From contig JAUZTB010000062.1 of NCBI GenBank assembly GCA_034780895.1, positions 14,477,471-14,541,470 of the forward strand: a stretch of 64,000 nt of DNA, in the 5' to 3' direction. The notes below the pieces were generated by a model. The model was not told where the DNA came from, searched no databases, and saw nothing but the letters and a program-made list of their open reading frames with translations. Position numbers and translations under genes: made by a program. Below are positions 12,367-25,563 of the stretch, in pieces. Every line of letters starts with the position of its first letter. Position 1 is the stretch's first letter. The DNA is from Rhynchobatus australiae. Taxonomy: Eukaryota.

Positions 12367-15300
12367 ATTATCTCAGGTTGACAGATTGTTGGACCACATC
12401 AAAAGCTGTGGGAATCAGGCAGGAAAGTAAAGTCAACGCCAGGATGAGATCAGCTATGATCTTATTGAATAGCAGAGTAATAGGGTAGTGTTGCTTCTAT
12501 TTTTCATGTTCTCATATCCACAAGTTTCCTTAAAGCATTTGTAATGAATTATTTGAAATATGCAGCAACTGTTTTTGTCCAGGTAAATACAAGAGGCAAT
12601 TTGTGTTCAGCAGCTGGACTCTCACCGAAGCAAATCCCTTAAAGAACTAGTGGCAGTGGCTGAGTGAGCAACAATGGACAGCAAAAATGGGGAAATCTCC
12701 TGCAAACAATATCATAGTTTGTTTATGTCAACATGTGCAAGTGAAAGGGTCTTAAATTTAACATTAACTACTAACTGGCGCAATCGAGCTGACCTTCCAA
12801 TCTGACAGCAATTTTGAGCAGTACAATTCACAAGAAGCAAGATCCTGTGAAGATCAAAGATCCCCTAACCTGCTGAAATTATACGTTTCCTTTCCTTCAA
12901 GTATTATCACTCTCCTTAAATCTGTGTCCATTATTCCCACAGTTCTTTGAATTTATTCTGGATTTTACCATTGCCGTGGCATTGAAATAGGCCTAATAGA
13001 AGTGACATCATTTGTACCTGTGCCCAGAGGGAATGATGCTTTCTGGCTTTCTCTGATTTCTTTGGTTTTGTCAAACATACTTCTCCTTCAGTATCTCTTG
13101 GCAAACTAAAAATGGATCTTTTTTTTGCCAGTGTAATGCTCCGAATCTTTAAGAACTATACGTATAGTTAATGCTTGATTTACAAAAGGGATAAACTTTT
13201 GCTAGGTACAGTGTCATAAATTGAAATGGCTGGGTAAATTCTTTATGAATGTTTCAGAAAAATGTTATTATCAATTTAAGAATAAATTCATTGATGTCCA
13301 AGGGTCAGGGATGGGGAAGGATTCAAAGCTGTATGATGCAAATGAAACCATGCAACCATTTAGGATAGAGGTGAGGTTTAGTGAATGAATGAGGGCATGA
13401 GGAGGGGGTGGGTTTTCCTATTCCAGAAGGAAATCGGGGCTACAGTGTATGTCACATACAGTATACACNNNNNNNNNNCCCACAAGCCCATGTGGCAGTC
13501 AGTATTGGAGAGCATCTTTGAGAGAACCTTTATCAACTCAGAGTGCAGATTGATATGCCAATGTGCAAAAATACAATCTTAACTTCCAGGAGAATTAGTA
13601 GATTGACCGTCACATCATTCTGCCACCTCTAAGGGTAGTAAAAGCACATCATCAGTTCAATGCTTGCAGGTTAAAACCATTTGTGTTGGATTGTTATGTT
13701 TAATAGGAAGAATAACAGGTGAGATAACAACTTGTAAGTTTGGGGGCCATTATCTATACATTTAGTAGTTGCACTGCTTTTGGCAACCAGTGTGGAGAGG
13801 GAATGGAAAAGATCAGGGTATACCCCAAAACTGAAAGGTGATACTGAAGAATGTGCAACAGGTATACTATAGTGCTGATCCAACAGGCTACCACTGGCAT
13901 GTTTAAGATCCTACAGAGTAAACTTGAACTTTCCATAGGAAGAGAAATGCTACATGAAGAAACCAAATTCAGGAGAGGTAGAGGAACTTAAGATCAAATA
14001 GCCAATAATAAGGTGAATAGTGGAAAGAACAATAGAATACTGAAAGAAGTCTTGTTATGTTTCACTGACAACCGTAATGCATCCGATTGTGTGGAGCAGG
14101 CAGACTTCAGAGTTTAGTGAGTAGAAATGAGTGCATAGACCACCTAATTCTTTTAAGGAAACTCTACACTAAGCATGAGGCTATAATGGAACAAAATGAG
14201 GGAAGATTCACTTTGGATTAGGGATGTTCCTTATCATACCATACTTATTTGTACAGAGAGTATATCATGAGTACAAATCAAATACTGCAGATGCTGGACA
14301 TTTGAAATAAAAAAAAGGGCAGTCTATGGAGGGATGAATGAATCAATTTTTTGGGTGGATGATATGACAAAGTACTCCTGCAATGTTTGGAGCTCGTAAA
14401 CAATATGCTGTGTCTAAGAGTACATTGCTAAACATGAGCATACCAACATATACAGGACAGAGAGAGACATCTAAATACTAGTTTAGGTTGGGTTAAAGCT
14501 GAAACACCAACACTGCTTGAACCAAATGACTCACTTTGGATTCTAATTTCCATATAATACAATAGAGTGATGAATAAAGATGCATATTTTGGTAGCCATG
14601 GGACATGGTGCGTTTAAAGAAACTGCAATCCCATACAGAAGAGAAAATGCAGGAGGAAAAGCTTAAAAAGTGTAAAATAAATCTGTGCATTTAATGTGAC
14701 CTTTAAAAGTGACTCATATTTTGTGAATGCAAATTGCAGAGTCTCTGTAATAACATTAGTAAATGGAAACAAACACTATCACTGGCATTTTTCTATATAC
14801 TATTCATTAATGCACGGCAAGAAAAAGTGAATCTCAAACATGTGTTTTTACTGAACGAAAGTCCAAAATGCCAAAAGGATCTTTCCTAATACATGCCTTG
14901 CGTGATGGGGCTGTTGACTCATTGTTGTGTAAGTGGGTGAAAAATGCCAGATGTAGAAAAATCAAATGACAAAGAGACTGGAATATTTTTTTCATTCAGC
15001 TATTTCGTTCCTTTCCAATTTTTTTTTCAGGTATAAGAACTGATTGGCCCAGATTTTATCACTGCCTGGATTCTCCATTGTCCCTCACTATTCTGGTTCA
15101 GATATGGAAGACCATGTTTGCTTACAAAAAGGACCTAATTGGTGAGGCTGTGCATGGTGCCATGACCACATGCTCTGGAACTGCTGAGAAAACCTTAGTC
15201 AAACGGCAAAGGCACTTCCCCAGCTTTGTCATCTGTTAAGACAGCCAAGCTTTTGCAAAACTTGTGAATATCCCTGGGTCTTCTTGATCCCCATGTTTCT

Positions 15301-16371
15301 GAACAACTACTTTGGGTAGAATAAGAATTAAAACTGAGATCTGTGGGCCTGAATTGCTCAGATGATACCCGATAATGCCACCCATCAACCTTACTCAACC
15401 ATTTACTTCATAAAGCATTTTAAACTTAGTGAATATAATTGATAAAATGCCAAGGAAAGCAGGAATGCCCGTGCTATGCATGGAAATTGGCTAATGAGGG
15501 CCACAGGGCTTTTCTGGTGGGCACAATATTGAGCAAACAGCAACTGTTACACAGTGAATAAATGCTGCCTAGGAAATGGAAAACAGATGTGGTTAAGCAA
15601 GTACACACATTTGCAAATGTGTGTTCTTGCTAAATCACATCTCCAGTTTACCCACCTAGAAAATAACAACACTATCACAGCAGCAGTTGTGAACCCTGAA
15701 TGCAGTGGGCTAGGTTGGAAGAAGTGCAAGTCAATCACTGCTTCACGTGGAAAGACTATTTGGTCCTTAGATGGTGGGAAGGGAAGAGGTAAAAGGACAA
15801 GTGTTGTAGCTCCTGCGGTTGACAGGGAAAGTGCCGTAAAAAGTCAGGTGGTTGGAGGGAACAGAAGAGCAGAAGAGTGGACGAGAAGGTCACAAAAGGA
15901 ATTGTCTCCACACAATGCTGAAAGGGGAGGAGAAAAGAAAGTATGTGCAGAAAAGAAAGTCTTTTTCCCACCATTTTGTAAATGCCTCCAGGTTGGGCAA
16001 ATAAAAAGTGCTTCGGGTCAGGTTCAGATTGACAGCAGTTAGGTCAGGTTTTCATTTTATGCTCGACTGTCGGGTTAACCATGAAGATGTACATTTTGAT
16101 CATGATTTCCCGTACTTTGGTGGTGTACTTCAATTTCCTATTGACCTCAGTGTTTGATGCCTGCATTGCTTGGACTGCTTAACACTGAGTCNNNNNNNNN
16201 NNNNNNNNNNNNNNNNNNNNNNNNTGTCATTTATAAAGGAAACATTATTGTCTATTTTTCCATCTTGTGTGTGATATTTTGTACCAATCCACTTTAAATT
16301 TTATCTGCTATTGTTCAACCATTCAAGTATTTTGTTTTTATAAGCTACTCCCTTTGCCTTTGAATTTTATA

Positions 16372-16735
16372 TCATAGAGTTATACAGCATGGAAATAGGC
16401 CCTACAGCCCAACTTGTCCATGCCGAACAATTTGCCTACCCAAACTAGTTTTATTTGCCTGTGTTTGGCCCATATCCCTCTAAACCTTTCCTATCCACAG
16501 CCCTCTAAATGTCTTTTATATTTTGTAATTGGACCCACCTCGAACACTTCCTCTGGCAGCTCATTCCATATACTCATCACCCTCTGTGTGAAAAACCTGC
16601 CCCTAAGGTCCCCTTTAAATATTTCCCCTCTCGCCTTAAACCTATGCTCTCTAGTTTTAGACTCCCCTACCCTGGGAAAAAGACTGTGACCATTCACCTT
16701 GTCTATGCCCCTCATGATTTCAAAAGGTCTAGGAG
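16372..16735 (-). mobile_element. CR1 LINE 3' end
   Basis: ORF 16491-16715 (MRGIDKVNGHSLFPRVGESKTREHRFK...FFTQRVMSIWNELPEEV) is the typical CR1 ORF2 C-terminus, followed by a 3' UTR. Confidence 0.9.
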
Positions 16736-17864
16736 GTCATAATATCAACTGAAAATCAACCAAGTATTTGAGTCTTGGATCAAAGTCATTTGTACAATGT
16801 AGAAATAGTTTTGGTCACTCTGGGCATTCATCTCATCATTTTACTTCATCTTATTATTACCTCCTCTCCCCAGAATCTATTTATTTCTCATTGGCAAACT
16901 AAATTCGTATCTGGACTTGGAATTTGAGTTTAACCAGCAATCTTTTGTATTTTATCACACCAGATGATTTTTGGAAATCTATATTTACAACATCTCAGAT
17001 TTTAGCTCAGTTGACTTGGGTTGTCACTTCCTGTGAATATTTTGAGTCAGTAACATTTCCTATCTTGCTTTGTTGTTCCCCAGAGAACCTTTAACCTTTT
17101 AACATAAGGGAAAAAATCTCCAAAACATTACAAAACATATTTGTTACTCAGGAAAATGAAAATGTACTCCAACAGGAGTGTCAAGTGCAGTGGGGCTATT
17201 CTAGCATTCAACTAATCCATTAAAAATAACAGAAGACTTTCAGCATTGCTGGGTGGTATTTGTGCTTACAATAGCTTCAAACAAGAAGCTTAATGGTTCT
17301 TCTGGAGAGTGAGACATACTATGCTAATAAATTCTTCAGCTGCCTAATATCAGCCTTAAAACACCCTCCTACCTATTGATAACAATGGAAAAGCAGATCC
17401 TTCATCTGCAATTTAATTTTGACCTAACCTGGTTTGGAACAGGCAGTGAGAGTTTGCTCCAGGTGATGGTTGTGGAAGCTGGAATTCGTCCGATAAGGCT
17501 GCAATTCAGATTTACCATGAGCTGATAAAAAAAAAATTCAGCCTTTTTCAAGGACTTCCTGGGCTGGAAGAATAAATATTGAGAGAGGAAATGGATCTCC
17601 ACACAAGTGATGGAGTGACAGAACACCTACCTTGTGATGACTGAATAGGTGCGAGGACAGCTTCCTTTTTTTGGCACTTCAGTGGAATACAGTGGAGAAC
17701 AACAGAAGGGAAGTGACAGTCAGGATCAGTACCGATTCTTCAAGAGCTAGGTATATACGCAAAAAAAAGTGACATTCCAAATGGTAGACGGTAAATGGTA
17801 ATTAAATATTGGGTCACACACACCATTCCCTAGATACCGTCTCCATCCTTTTTCCTGTCAATTA

Positions 17865-18556
17865 TCTAAAATTAAATCAGGATTTTTGCAACCTTGGTGA
17901 TATATTTAACCCTGGGCTGAAATTTGGATTTCAAATCCTTGCCATCTCTAGGACTGCCTATTTCCACTTCCATGACATTGTCTGACTCCTGCCTTCAGTC
18001 AGCTCAGCTGCTGCTGAAATGTACATTCACATGTTTGTTTCCTCCAAAGTCATCTTGGGTAAACTTTCCTCCTATTCTGCTTTAACATGAGGTCATCCAA
18101 AACTCTACTGGCTACATTCTGAATTCCTCACCTATCATGCTGGTGCTTGCTGACTTATGCTAGCTCCTCAGGTTAGCAACAGTTTGAAAATCACAAACCT
18201 GCTATAAAATCCCTAAACAGTCACATCCCTCCCCATCTCAGTGATCTTGTTGAGCACTACAACTTTCCAGGGTATCTGAACACCTCCACTGCATTCCTGC
18301 ATTTATTTGCTCCTTGATTTGTGGCTGTGGCTTCAGAAACCAATATCTGGAATTTTCTCCCTAAATTCTCCATCTGTCAATCCTCTCATAGCTCCCTCCT
18401 TTAAGCATACCCCCTTAACCAAATGTCTCTGATGATCTGCTTTATTATCTTCTTCAGTGGCTTACTGTTGATCTATTTTTGTTTGATATTGATGCTGTTA
18501 AAGGCCCGGAGAAACTTCTGCTTTGTTAAAGGTGCTATATAAGTTGCTGCTGTTCA
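17865..18556 (+). mobile_element. Degenerate L2-like LINE 3' end
   Basis: Pyrimidine-rich L2-type 3' region ending TGTTAAAGGTGCTATATAAGTTGCTGCTGTT. Confidence 0.55.
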
Positions 18557-18979
18557 CAGTAATATTTACCAAAAAAATTGCCAGAAGTTGCCCTCACAGA
18601 ATATTCTGCAAGTATCTTCCATACCTACTGCTGGTTATTGTCAAGCTCTTGAAGAACCTTATAATCCACACATAAAGGACAATGTGTGGAACTAGCAGGT
18701 GAAGACCCTGCCAGAAATGTCTATTCAAAATTACCATTTTGTTACTAACATTATGTTTTTTTCACCTTAAATATCTCACTCTAAATTAGGTATGGCTGTA
18801 AATTGGGTTGCACCTATCTTCAGTGTGCCAACACATAGCTGCATACAGGTTTAGCCCCCTCAATAATATGCAAAATGGGTGAAACACAAAGGTACGACAG
18901 TGCTAATTTTACACATGGAAAGAAGTGCCACAACATAACCTGGCAGGCTCCCAATGGGATCAGCCTAAATTCAATGCAG

Positions 18980-19197
18980 ACACAAGAGACTGCAGGTGCG
19001 GGAATCTGGAGCAACAAACAATCTGCTGGCAGAACTCAAAAGGTTGAGTAGCATCTGTGGGAGGAAGGGAATTGTCGACATTTTGGGTCGAAACCCTGCA
19101 GCAGGACTGAGGCAGGGTTTCGACCTGACATGTCGACGATGCCTTTTCTCCCACAGATGCTGCTCGACCTGCTGAGTTCCTCCAGCAGATTGTTGCT
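18980..19197 (-). mobile_element. Penelope-derived fold-back insertion with 15-bp TSD
   Basis: Inverted arms (~19018-19100 and ~19112-19195); flanks CTAAATTCAATGCAG 18965-18979 and CTAAATTCAGTGCAG 19198-19212. Confidence 0.8.
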
Positions 19198-19304
19198 CTA
19201 AATTCAGTGCAGCTGCAGACACTGTGCTGTGTAGCAATCACAGGTGGTGTCAGCCCTTGAAGGCACACTCTCTGCGGCATCAAGGAACAGCAACATAGAC
19301 TAGA

Positions 19305-20010
19305 GAAAAAAAGGACTGCAGATGAAATCTAGATGAAAAACAACAAGATGCTGGAGGAAGTCAGCAGGCCAGGCAGCATCTGTGGAGAAAAGCAGGCGGT
19401 CAACGTTTTGGGTCAGGACCCTTCTTCAGGACTGANNNNNNNNNNNNNNNNNNNNNNNNNNNNNNNNNNNNNNNNNNNNNNNNNNNNNNNNNNNNNNNNN
19501 NNNNNNNNNNNNNNNNNNNNNNNNNNNNNNNNNNNNNNNNNNNNNNNNNNNNNNNNNNNNNNNNNNNNNNNNNNNNNNNNNNNNNNNNNNNNNNNNNNNN
19601 NNNNNNNNNNNNNNNNNNNNNNNNNNNNNNNNNNNNNNNNNNNNNNNNNNNNNNNNNNNNNNNNNNNNNNNNNNNNNNNNNNNNNNNNNNNNNNNNNNNN
19701 NNNNNNNNNNNNNNNNNNNNNNNNNNNNNNNNNNNNNNNNNNNNNNNNNNNNNNNNNNNNNNNNNNNNNNNNNNNNNNNNNNNNNNNNNNNNNNNNNNNN
19801 NNNNNNNNNNNNNNNNNNNNNNNNNNNNNNNNNNNNNNNNNNNNNNNNNNNNNNNNNNNNNNNNNNNNNNNNNNNNNNNNNNNNNNNNNNNNNNNNNNNN
19901 NNNNNNNNNNNNNNNNNNNNNNNNNNNNNNNNNNCTGTGAAACGGTCACCTAGTCTGTGTTTGGTCTCACCAATGTAGAGGAGGCCCCACTTGGAGCACC
20001 GAATGCAATA
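19305..20010 (-). mobile_element. Penelope-like element 3' end (GIY-YIG endonuclease fragment plus terminal repeat), spanning a gap
   Basis: 20010->19935 encodes YCIRCSKWGLLYIGETKHRLGDRFT; the terminal repeat with hammerhead-like motif lies at 19305-19435. Confidence 0.85.
19397..19434 (-). ncRNA. Decayed minimal hammerhead-ribozyme motif
   Basis: CAGTC-CTGAAGA-A-GGGT(CCTG)ACCC-AAAAC-GTT-GACCG; G12 is replaced by A. Confidence 0.6.
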
Positions 20011-21659
20011 TTCAGGCTAACACAGTGAGGGGTAGGTGGTAGGCCAACAGAGCAGCAACTCTCAAGTGAACAGCTTGATATTCTCATTGACCAAACAGAT
20101 TCCACTCATGAGCAGATCATTGCCCTCAGGAGAAATTTCATGACCTCACAAGACATGTCAAGGTGAGCCACAATTAAAAATATTGCTCTCTCATCAGCCA
20201 CTTACACAGGAACTTACGCAAGTTATCATCACCTTGACCTCCATACAGACAGCAGTATAGGCCCAAAAGCATGGCTGAAGCTCTTCCTGTGGTATGTTAC
20301 AGATCTCAGTTATTGAAAATGCAGTGTCTGGGAGTTAGACCTGAGGCTGGGTCTGGAGTGACAGGATGGCTGACAGATGTAGGCCCAATTGTGTCTGTAA
20401 CATGGCTGGTGGGAGGGAATGGAGGAGGATTGGAGCTCTGCACTTTGGCAGTCAGAAGGAAGGAGAGATATTTGGGAGTGCTGTGCTTTGCTGGCAGGGG
20501 GAAGACTAAAGGATTGGAGCCCTGTGCTCTGGCAAGTTGGACGGGGGAAGAGGGATCAGAGTCAGCCTGAGGATGTTGGTGAAGAGAGATTGAGGCGGCA
20601 AAGAAAGAAATAATGGGAGTTGGTTGCAGATTGAGACCCCTACATGGTTAGACTGTAGATAACTGCTCTGCAAAGGGTAGATGCCACTCTTTAGCCAGCT
20701 AAAAAGCTAAAAGACAATGGGAAACAATCTCCACAACTGTTCCCTAATAAATGGCCCAGGAATTTCATGAACAAGCCTTGAGTTGGGATCTGTCCTGGTG
20801 CACAGATGGACTTACATGTACTGTCGAGTCTTCTGATGCATTGAATATCCTTCAAGTCACATCCTTATACTAACAATTTCCTGTTGAGATTAAATTCTCA
20901 TTGCGGCACATCAAGTGTTCAGGGGATGTGGAAGTACTTAGCTGCTTTGCTGCAGGAGTGTTCTTGCTTATTTAACGCAACTCAACATTGGACTTCCATA
21001 ATTTAAAATAAAACTGACTTCCTGAAACACGAATTCTCACATCCAAACATCTTGGCAAAACTAAAAGACTTTGACTCTAAATATTATGTTAATGCAGGAT
21101 ACTTTGACAGAGCAGGAAGTCAAAATGCTNNNNNNNNNNNNNNNNNNNNNNNNNNNNNNNNNNNNNNNNNNNNNNNNNNNNNNNNNNNNNNNNNNNNNNN
21201 NNNNNNNNNNNNNNNNNNNNNNNNNNNNNNNNNNNNNNNNNNNNNNNNNNNNNNNNNNNNNNNNNNNNNNNNNNNNNNNNNNNNNNNNNNNNNNNNNNNN
21301 NNNNNNNNNNNNAGATCCTGTGAGATATGATCTTTAAATATGGAAATTAATAAGAGCAATATGACTTAACAAATATGCTAAACATTCATCCCAACTTTTC
21401 CACCTGCATAATTTAAAAGAAAGTAATTGACTTACAATAGAAAAAATTAATATAGATCACAAGAAGAAAGATGATTATTTATGATGTAAATAAGCTCCCC
21501 GCAACATAAACTACCACTTGAGATATTGTTACTGGACTACAGTCCAGAGATATAAGCCCAGATTCAACAATGGCAGTTAGAAAATTTGAATGCAATTAAT
21601 TAAATAAATTCTGGAATGATAAAAGTGAGAATCAGTAATGATGGCCATCAAGCTACCAC

Positions 21660-23530
21660 ATGAATGTACAAATTAGGAGCGGACTGTAGCCACTCAGACT
21701 CTTGCTGTTTACTAAGATCACAGCTCCACCTTACTGTAACCTCCACTCCGCATTCCCATCTAGATACAGTAACCTTTCACCCCATTGCTTATCAACTATT
21801 TATCTACCTCTGTTTTAAAAATATTCAGACTCTGCTTCCACTGCACCTTGACTGAATTCCAAAGACACACAAACTNNNNNNNNNNCACCTTTTTTTAATC
21901 TTAAATGGGCTGCCCCTTATTTTTAAGGTGACCCTAGTTCTAGGTCACCTTCTTTTCCCAATTCTGATGAAGGGTGGCAGAACCGAAACATTGACTATTT
22001 CTCTTTACACGGACGCTGCTGACTTGCTGAGTTTTCCCAGCATTTTCTATTTTTGCTTCAGATTTTCATCATCTGCAGTTTCTTTGATTTTCATCAATCC
22101 CTAGTTCAAGACTTTCACACGATAGGAAACATCCTCTCCACACCTATCATGCCAAGACTTCTCAGGATCATCTATGTTTCAGTCATTTCCCTCTCACACT
22201 TATAATTGGAGCACATACAAGCCTCGCCTGTCCAACCTTTCATCATAAAACAACCCACCCATTCCGGGCCTTAGTCTAGTAAACCCTCTTTGAACTTCTT
22301 CNNNNNNNNNNNNNNNNNNNNNNNNNNNNNNNNNNNNNNNNNNNNNNNNNNNNNNNNNNNNNNNNNNNNNNNNNNNNNNNNNNNNNNNNNNNNNNNNNNN
22401 NAAACTCTCTGGTTTAAATGAGTCGGCAGTGATCTTATTGAATCATACAAAATTCTTTTGGAGCTTGACAGGGTAGATGCATGGATGGTTGTTCCCCTGG
22501 CTGAGGTCTTCTCATTGATCTAGCAATAGCTTAGGTCCAAGCTTTCTCATTGGTCAAATGTTTGGGGGTGGAGTGTGTCACATGTATGACCTTCCTGATT
22601 GGTTCCTTACTGACTTGCATATACACAAACATATGAATTAGGAGCACTAATTAGGAATGGGCCACTTGGCCCCTCAAACCTCTTCCCCTATTTGGTAAGA
22701 TCATTGCTAATGTGATTGTTATGCCAACTCCACATTCTCACCTCCCCGGTAACCTTTCACCGCCTTGTTTATCAAGTAACCTTCTACCTCCACCTTAAGT
22801 CTTCAAGGACTCTCCTTCCACCACCTTTTGAGGAAGAGACTTCCAGACTCACAGCCCTTTGAGGAAGAAAAATGTTTCATCTCTGACCTTGGTCTGGTTC
22901 ATAGATAGAAAAGGTTTAGAGGGATATGGCCAAATGCAGGCAAACGGGACTAGCTGAGGACGATATCTTGGTTAGCATGGATGACTTGGGTTGAAGGGCC
23001 TGTTTCCATGCTGTCTTAAATGGGTGATCCCTTATTTTCAGACAGTGACCCCCGACTTCTCGATTGTCCCACAGTAGGAAACATCCTCTCCATATTCACC
23101 CTGTCATAACCTTCAGGTCTTATGAGTTTCAATCATGTCACCTCTCATTCTTCTAAATGCCAGCAGATACAAGTTGTCCTACCTTTCCTGGTAGGACAAC
23201 CTGCCATTCCAGGTATTAGCTGACAAAACCAGCTCTGGATGGCTTCCGATGCATTAACATCCTTCGTTAAGTATGCAGATCAATACTGTACTGCAGTATT
23301 CACCACTGCCCTATATACTGAAGCATAACCTACTTCTGTATTCGATTCCCCCAGCAACAAATAACATTCTGTTAGCTTTTCTAATTACTTGCTATACATG
23401 CATAGTAGCCTTTTACAAATCATGCACTCATTCAGATCCCTTTACTTTTCAGAGCACTGCAATCTCACCATTTAAATAACAAGCTTTTTAAAATTTTTCC
23501 TGTCCAAATGGACAAATTCATTTTCAATAC
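21660..23530 (-). mobile_element. Cluster of two degenerate CR1 3' ends with nested insertions
   Basis: Related minus-strand segments at 21660-22300 and 22630-23520 (shared GGAAACATCCTCTCCA). A plus-strand CR1 tail lies at ~22900-23015 and a Penelope tail at 21944-22098. Confidence 0.65.
21944..22098 (+). mobile_element. Penelope-derived terminal repeat with hammerhead-like core, 12-bp TSD
   Basis: CTGATGA 21964-21970 and GAAA 21985-21988; flanks CCCTAGTTCTAG 21932-21943 and CCCTAGTTCAAG 22099-22110. Confidence 0.75.
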
Positions 23531-25495
23531 ATGGAAAGCCGTTCAGCCCATCGGGACCATGTCAACACTTGGAGCAATCCCTCCGGTCCTTTGTCTATTT
23601 ACTTCTTTTTAGCCTATTTTCTACCGTTTGCTCATCACCCCTTCCAGAGGCAATACACAGGTGCCAGTCAACCCACTACCCAGCACGTTCCCGAGGTACA
23701 GGAGGAAACTTATGCACCTGGGAGAATTTCACATTAATTATATTCCATTTGCCAGAACTTTTCCCATTCATTGAACCTATCTATATCCCTTTGTAGCCTC
23801 CTTATATCCTCAGATAGCTGTAAAAACTCACCTGATTCATTAATGGCTTTTAGGAGGGAATTCTGTTAAATACCGGGTCTGAGCTCCAAACCATTAGAAT
23901 GTGGTCGACACTTAATTGTACTTGATGAACCACTTAGATGAACAATAATTAGGAACAAACAATAAATGTTGACATTATCAACAAAGTCCAGACACTGTGA
24001 GCAAATAAAACAATAATATAAAGATACACAATTACCATGGTGTCTAACTATTAACCTGTTACCAACCTCCTGATATGAAGATTTAGTTTTATCTGAACAG
24101 ACCACCATGATTTTTGATCGCCACTTCTTATGATTTATATTCTACTCTCTTGACCAAATCATGCAATATGTTATAACCATTCTGACTGCTACTCTGTATT
24201 GGTTGGATATGTTGGGCATCAGCACTCCAGGATCTCTATCAAATTCATCCTCAGCTATTACAATACCATTTTTGGAATACGTACGTCAGCTTTTCATCAC
24301 TGTGTAATTCTTGTCTTCATTAAGTTTACTATGTTCACTTTCATAGTCTACAAAAGCCATTCTGTTTTTGAGCAGCCTCTTTAGCTTCCATCACATCTTT
24401 CACTATTGTATAATTTGCAAAACTGGCCATTTCCTACTTATTCATATTCAATAATTTTATTTAGTTACCTTTTCTCAAAGAAGGTATCTTACATGTAAAT
24501 ATTCTGAAGAAATAGTAATTCTGAGTATTTAGTGCTCCTGCATTTCAAGTGCATATGATTTCCCCTTCTCTGACTGCTGTGGAAATATGGAAAGGATTTC
24601 CTTTACCTTTTCTTTTATTGCTGTATTTCCCCTGGATCCAATCAACCTATTAATATATTATACTATTCATTCTTCCTACAGGATTTGTAAAGTTCACATG
24701 TTCTCTTGCCTCACTTTTTAGACTAAGCCTGTTCATTCCATGAATGTAGTTGATCTACAAGTTGATATGTTCAGCCTTTAAAAATGTTCCATACATATTG
24801 TGCTGGGATGTCCTTGAACTTCCTCCTCTTATTTATTTTGTTTAGTTGTTGCCTTCTGGTCCAGATACTTATTACTCCAAGACCATGTTAAAGTTTATTA
24901 TACTGGGGTTAGTATATCCAGCATGCTGCAGATTCCATGGCACAAGCATTTCCTATTAATTTGATGAATACCAGATCAAAATGTGCATTGCCCATTAATG
25001 CATTGGGTCAAGATTCAGTCATGCTATGAATTTAGTAACTGTCCACCTTCAGTACAGAAATATACAACAGAAAGTGGAAGCCCAAGGAATACCCAAAATC
25101 CTAAAATAGAACATTACAAAATCCTCACTGTAGGATACATCTAGTGGACATAAGTCCAATTTCTCCATCCACTCCCAATTCCCATCACACTGTTTCAAAA
25201 GTCCTGCTGCTTCCTCTCAGCAACCTTGGCTTTCTGCTCGTTACTGGCGAGCACCCTTGACTGACGCAAGCCTGCTGATTCCAATTGTATTTTGAGAGTC
25301 ATGCCCTTCCAATGAAAATTATCTAAAACATTCTGGTTATCACACTTTCATTGGCCACAATACATTTTCTTATTTAGAAAGTTATAATTAATTTAAATTT
25401 ATCTGTTTAAATATAAAGATATTTCTGTTACTTTAAGTACAGTACTCACCATACGACCTCTTTACTTGCTATTTTTTAACAGTTATTTTCTACAT

Positions 25496-25501
25496 TTTAT
25501 T
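25496..25501 (-). terminator. Candidate ARSG polyadenylation signal
   Basis: AATAAA on the minus strand ~60 nt after the stop codon; further candidates lie downstream. Confidence 0.3.
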
Positions 25502-25563
25502 GAAACTTCCAGTCATTTCACCAACTGTCTGGTGAAAACAATAATTAAAATATGAAAAGGGAG

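Noticed and set aside
15554-16042. 162-aa ORF
   Set aside because: No recognisable domain; it overlaps an antisense Penelope fragment (~15760-15960) that resembles 11370-11430.
19333-19953. Long ORFs spanning N runs (also 30796-31443, 54701-55354, 21052-21330, 52208-52496)
   Set aside because: Their length comes from untranslatable gaps; there is no coding evidence.
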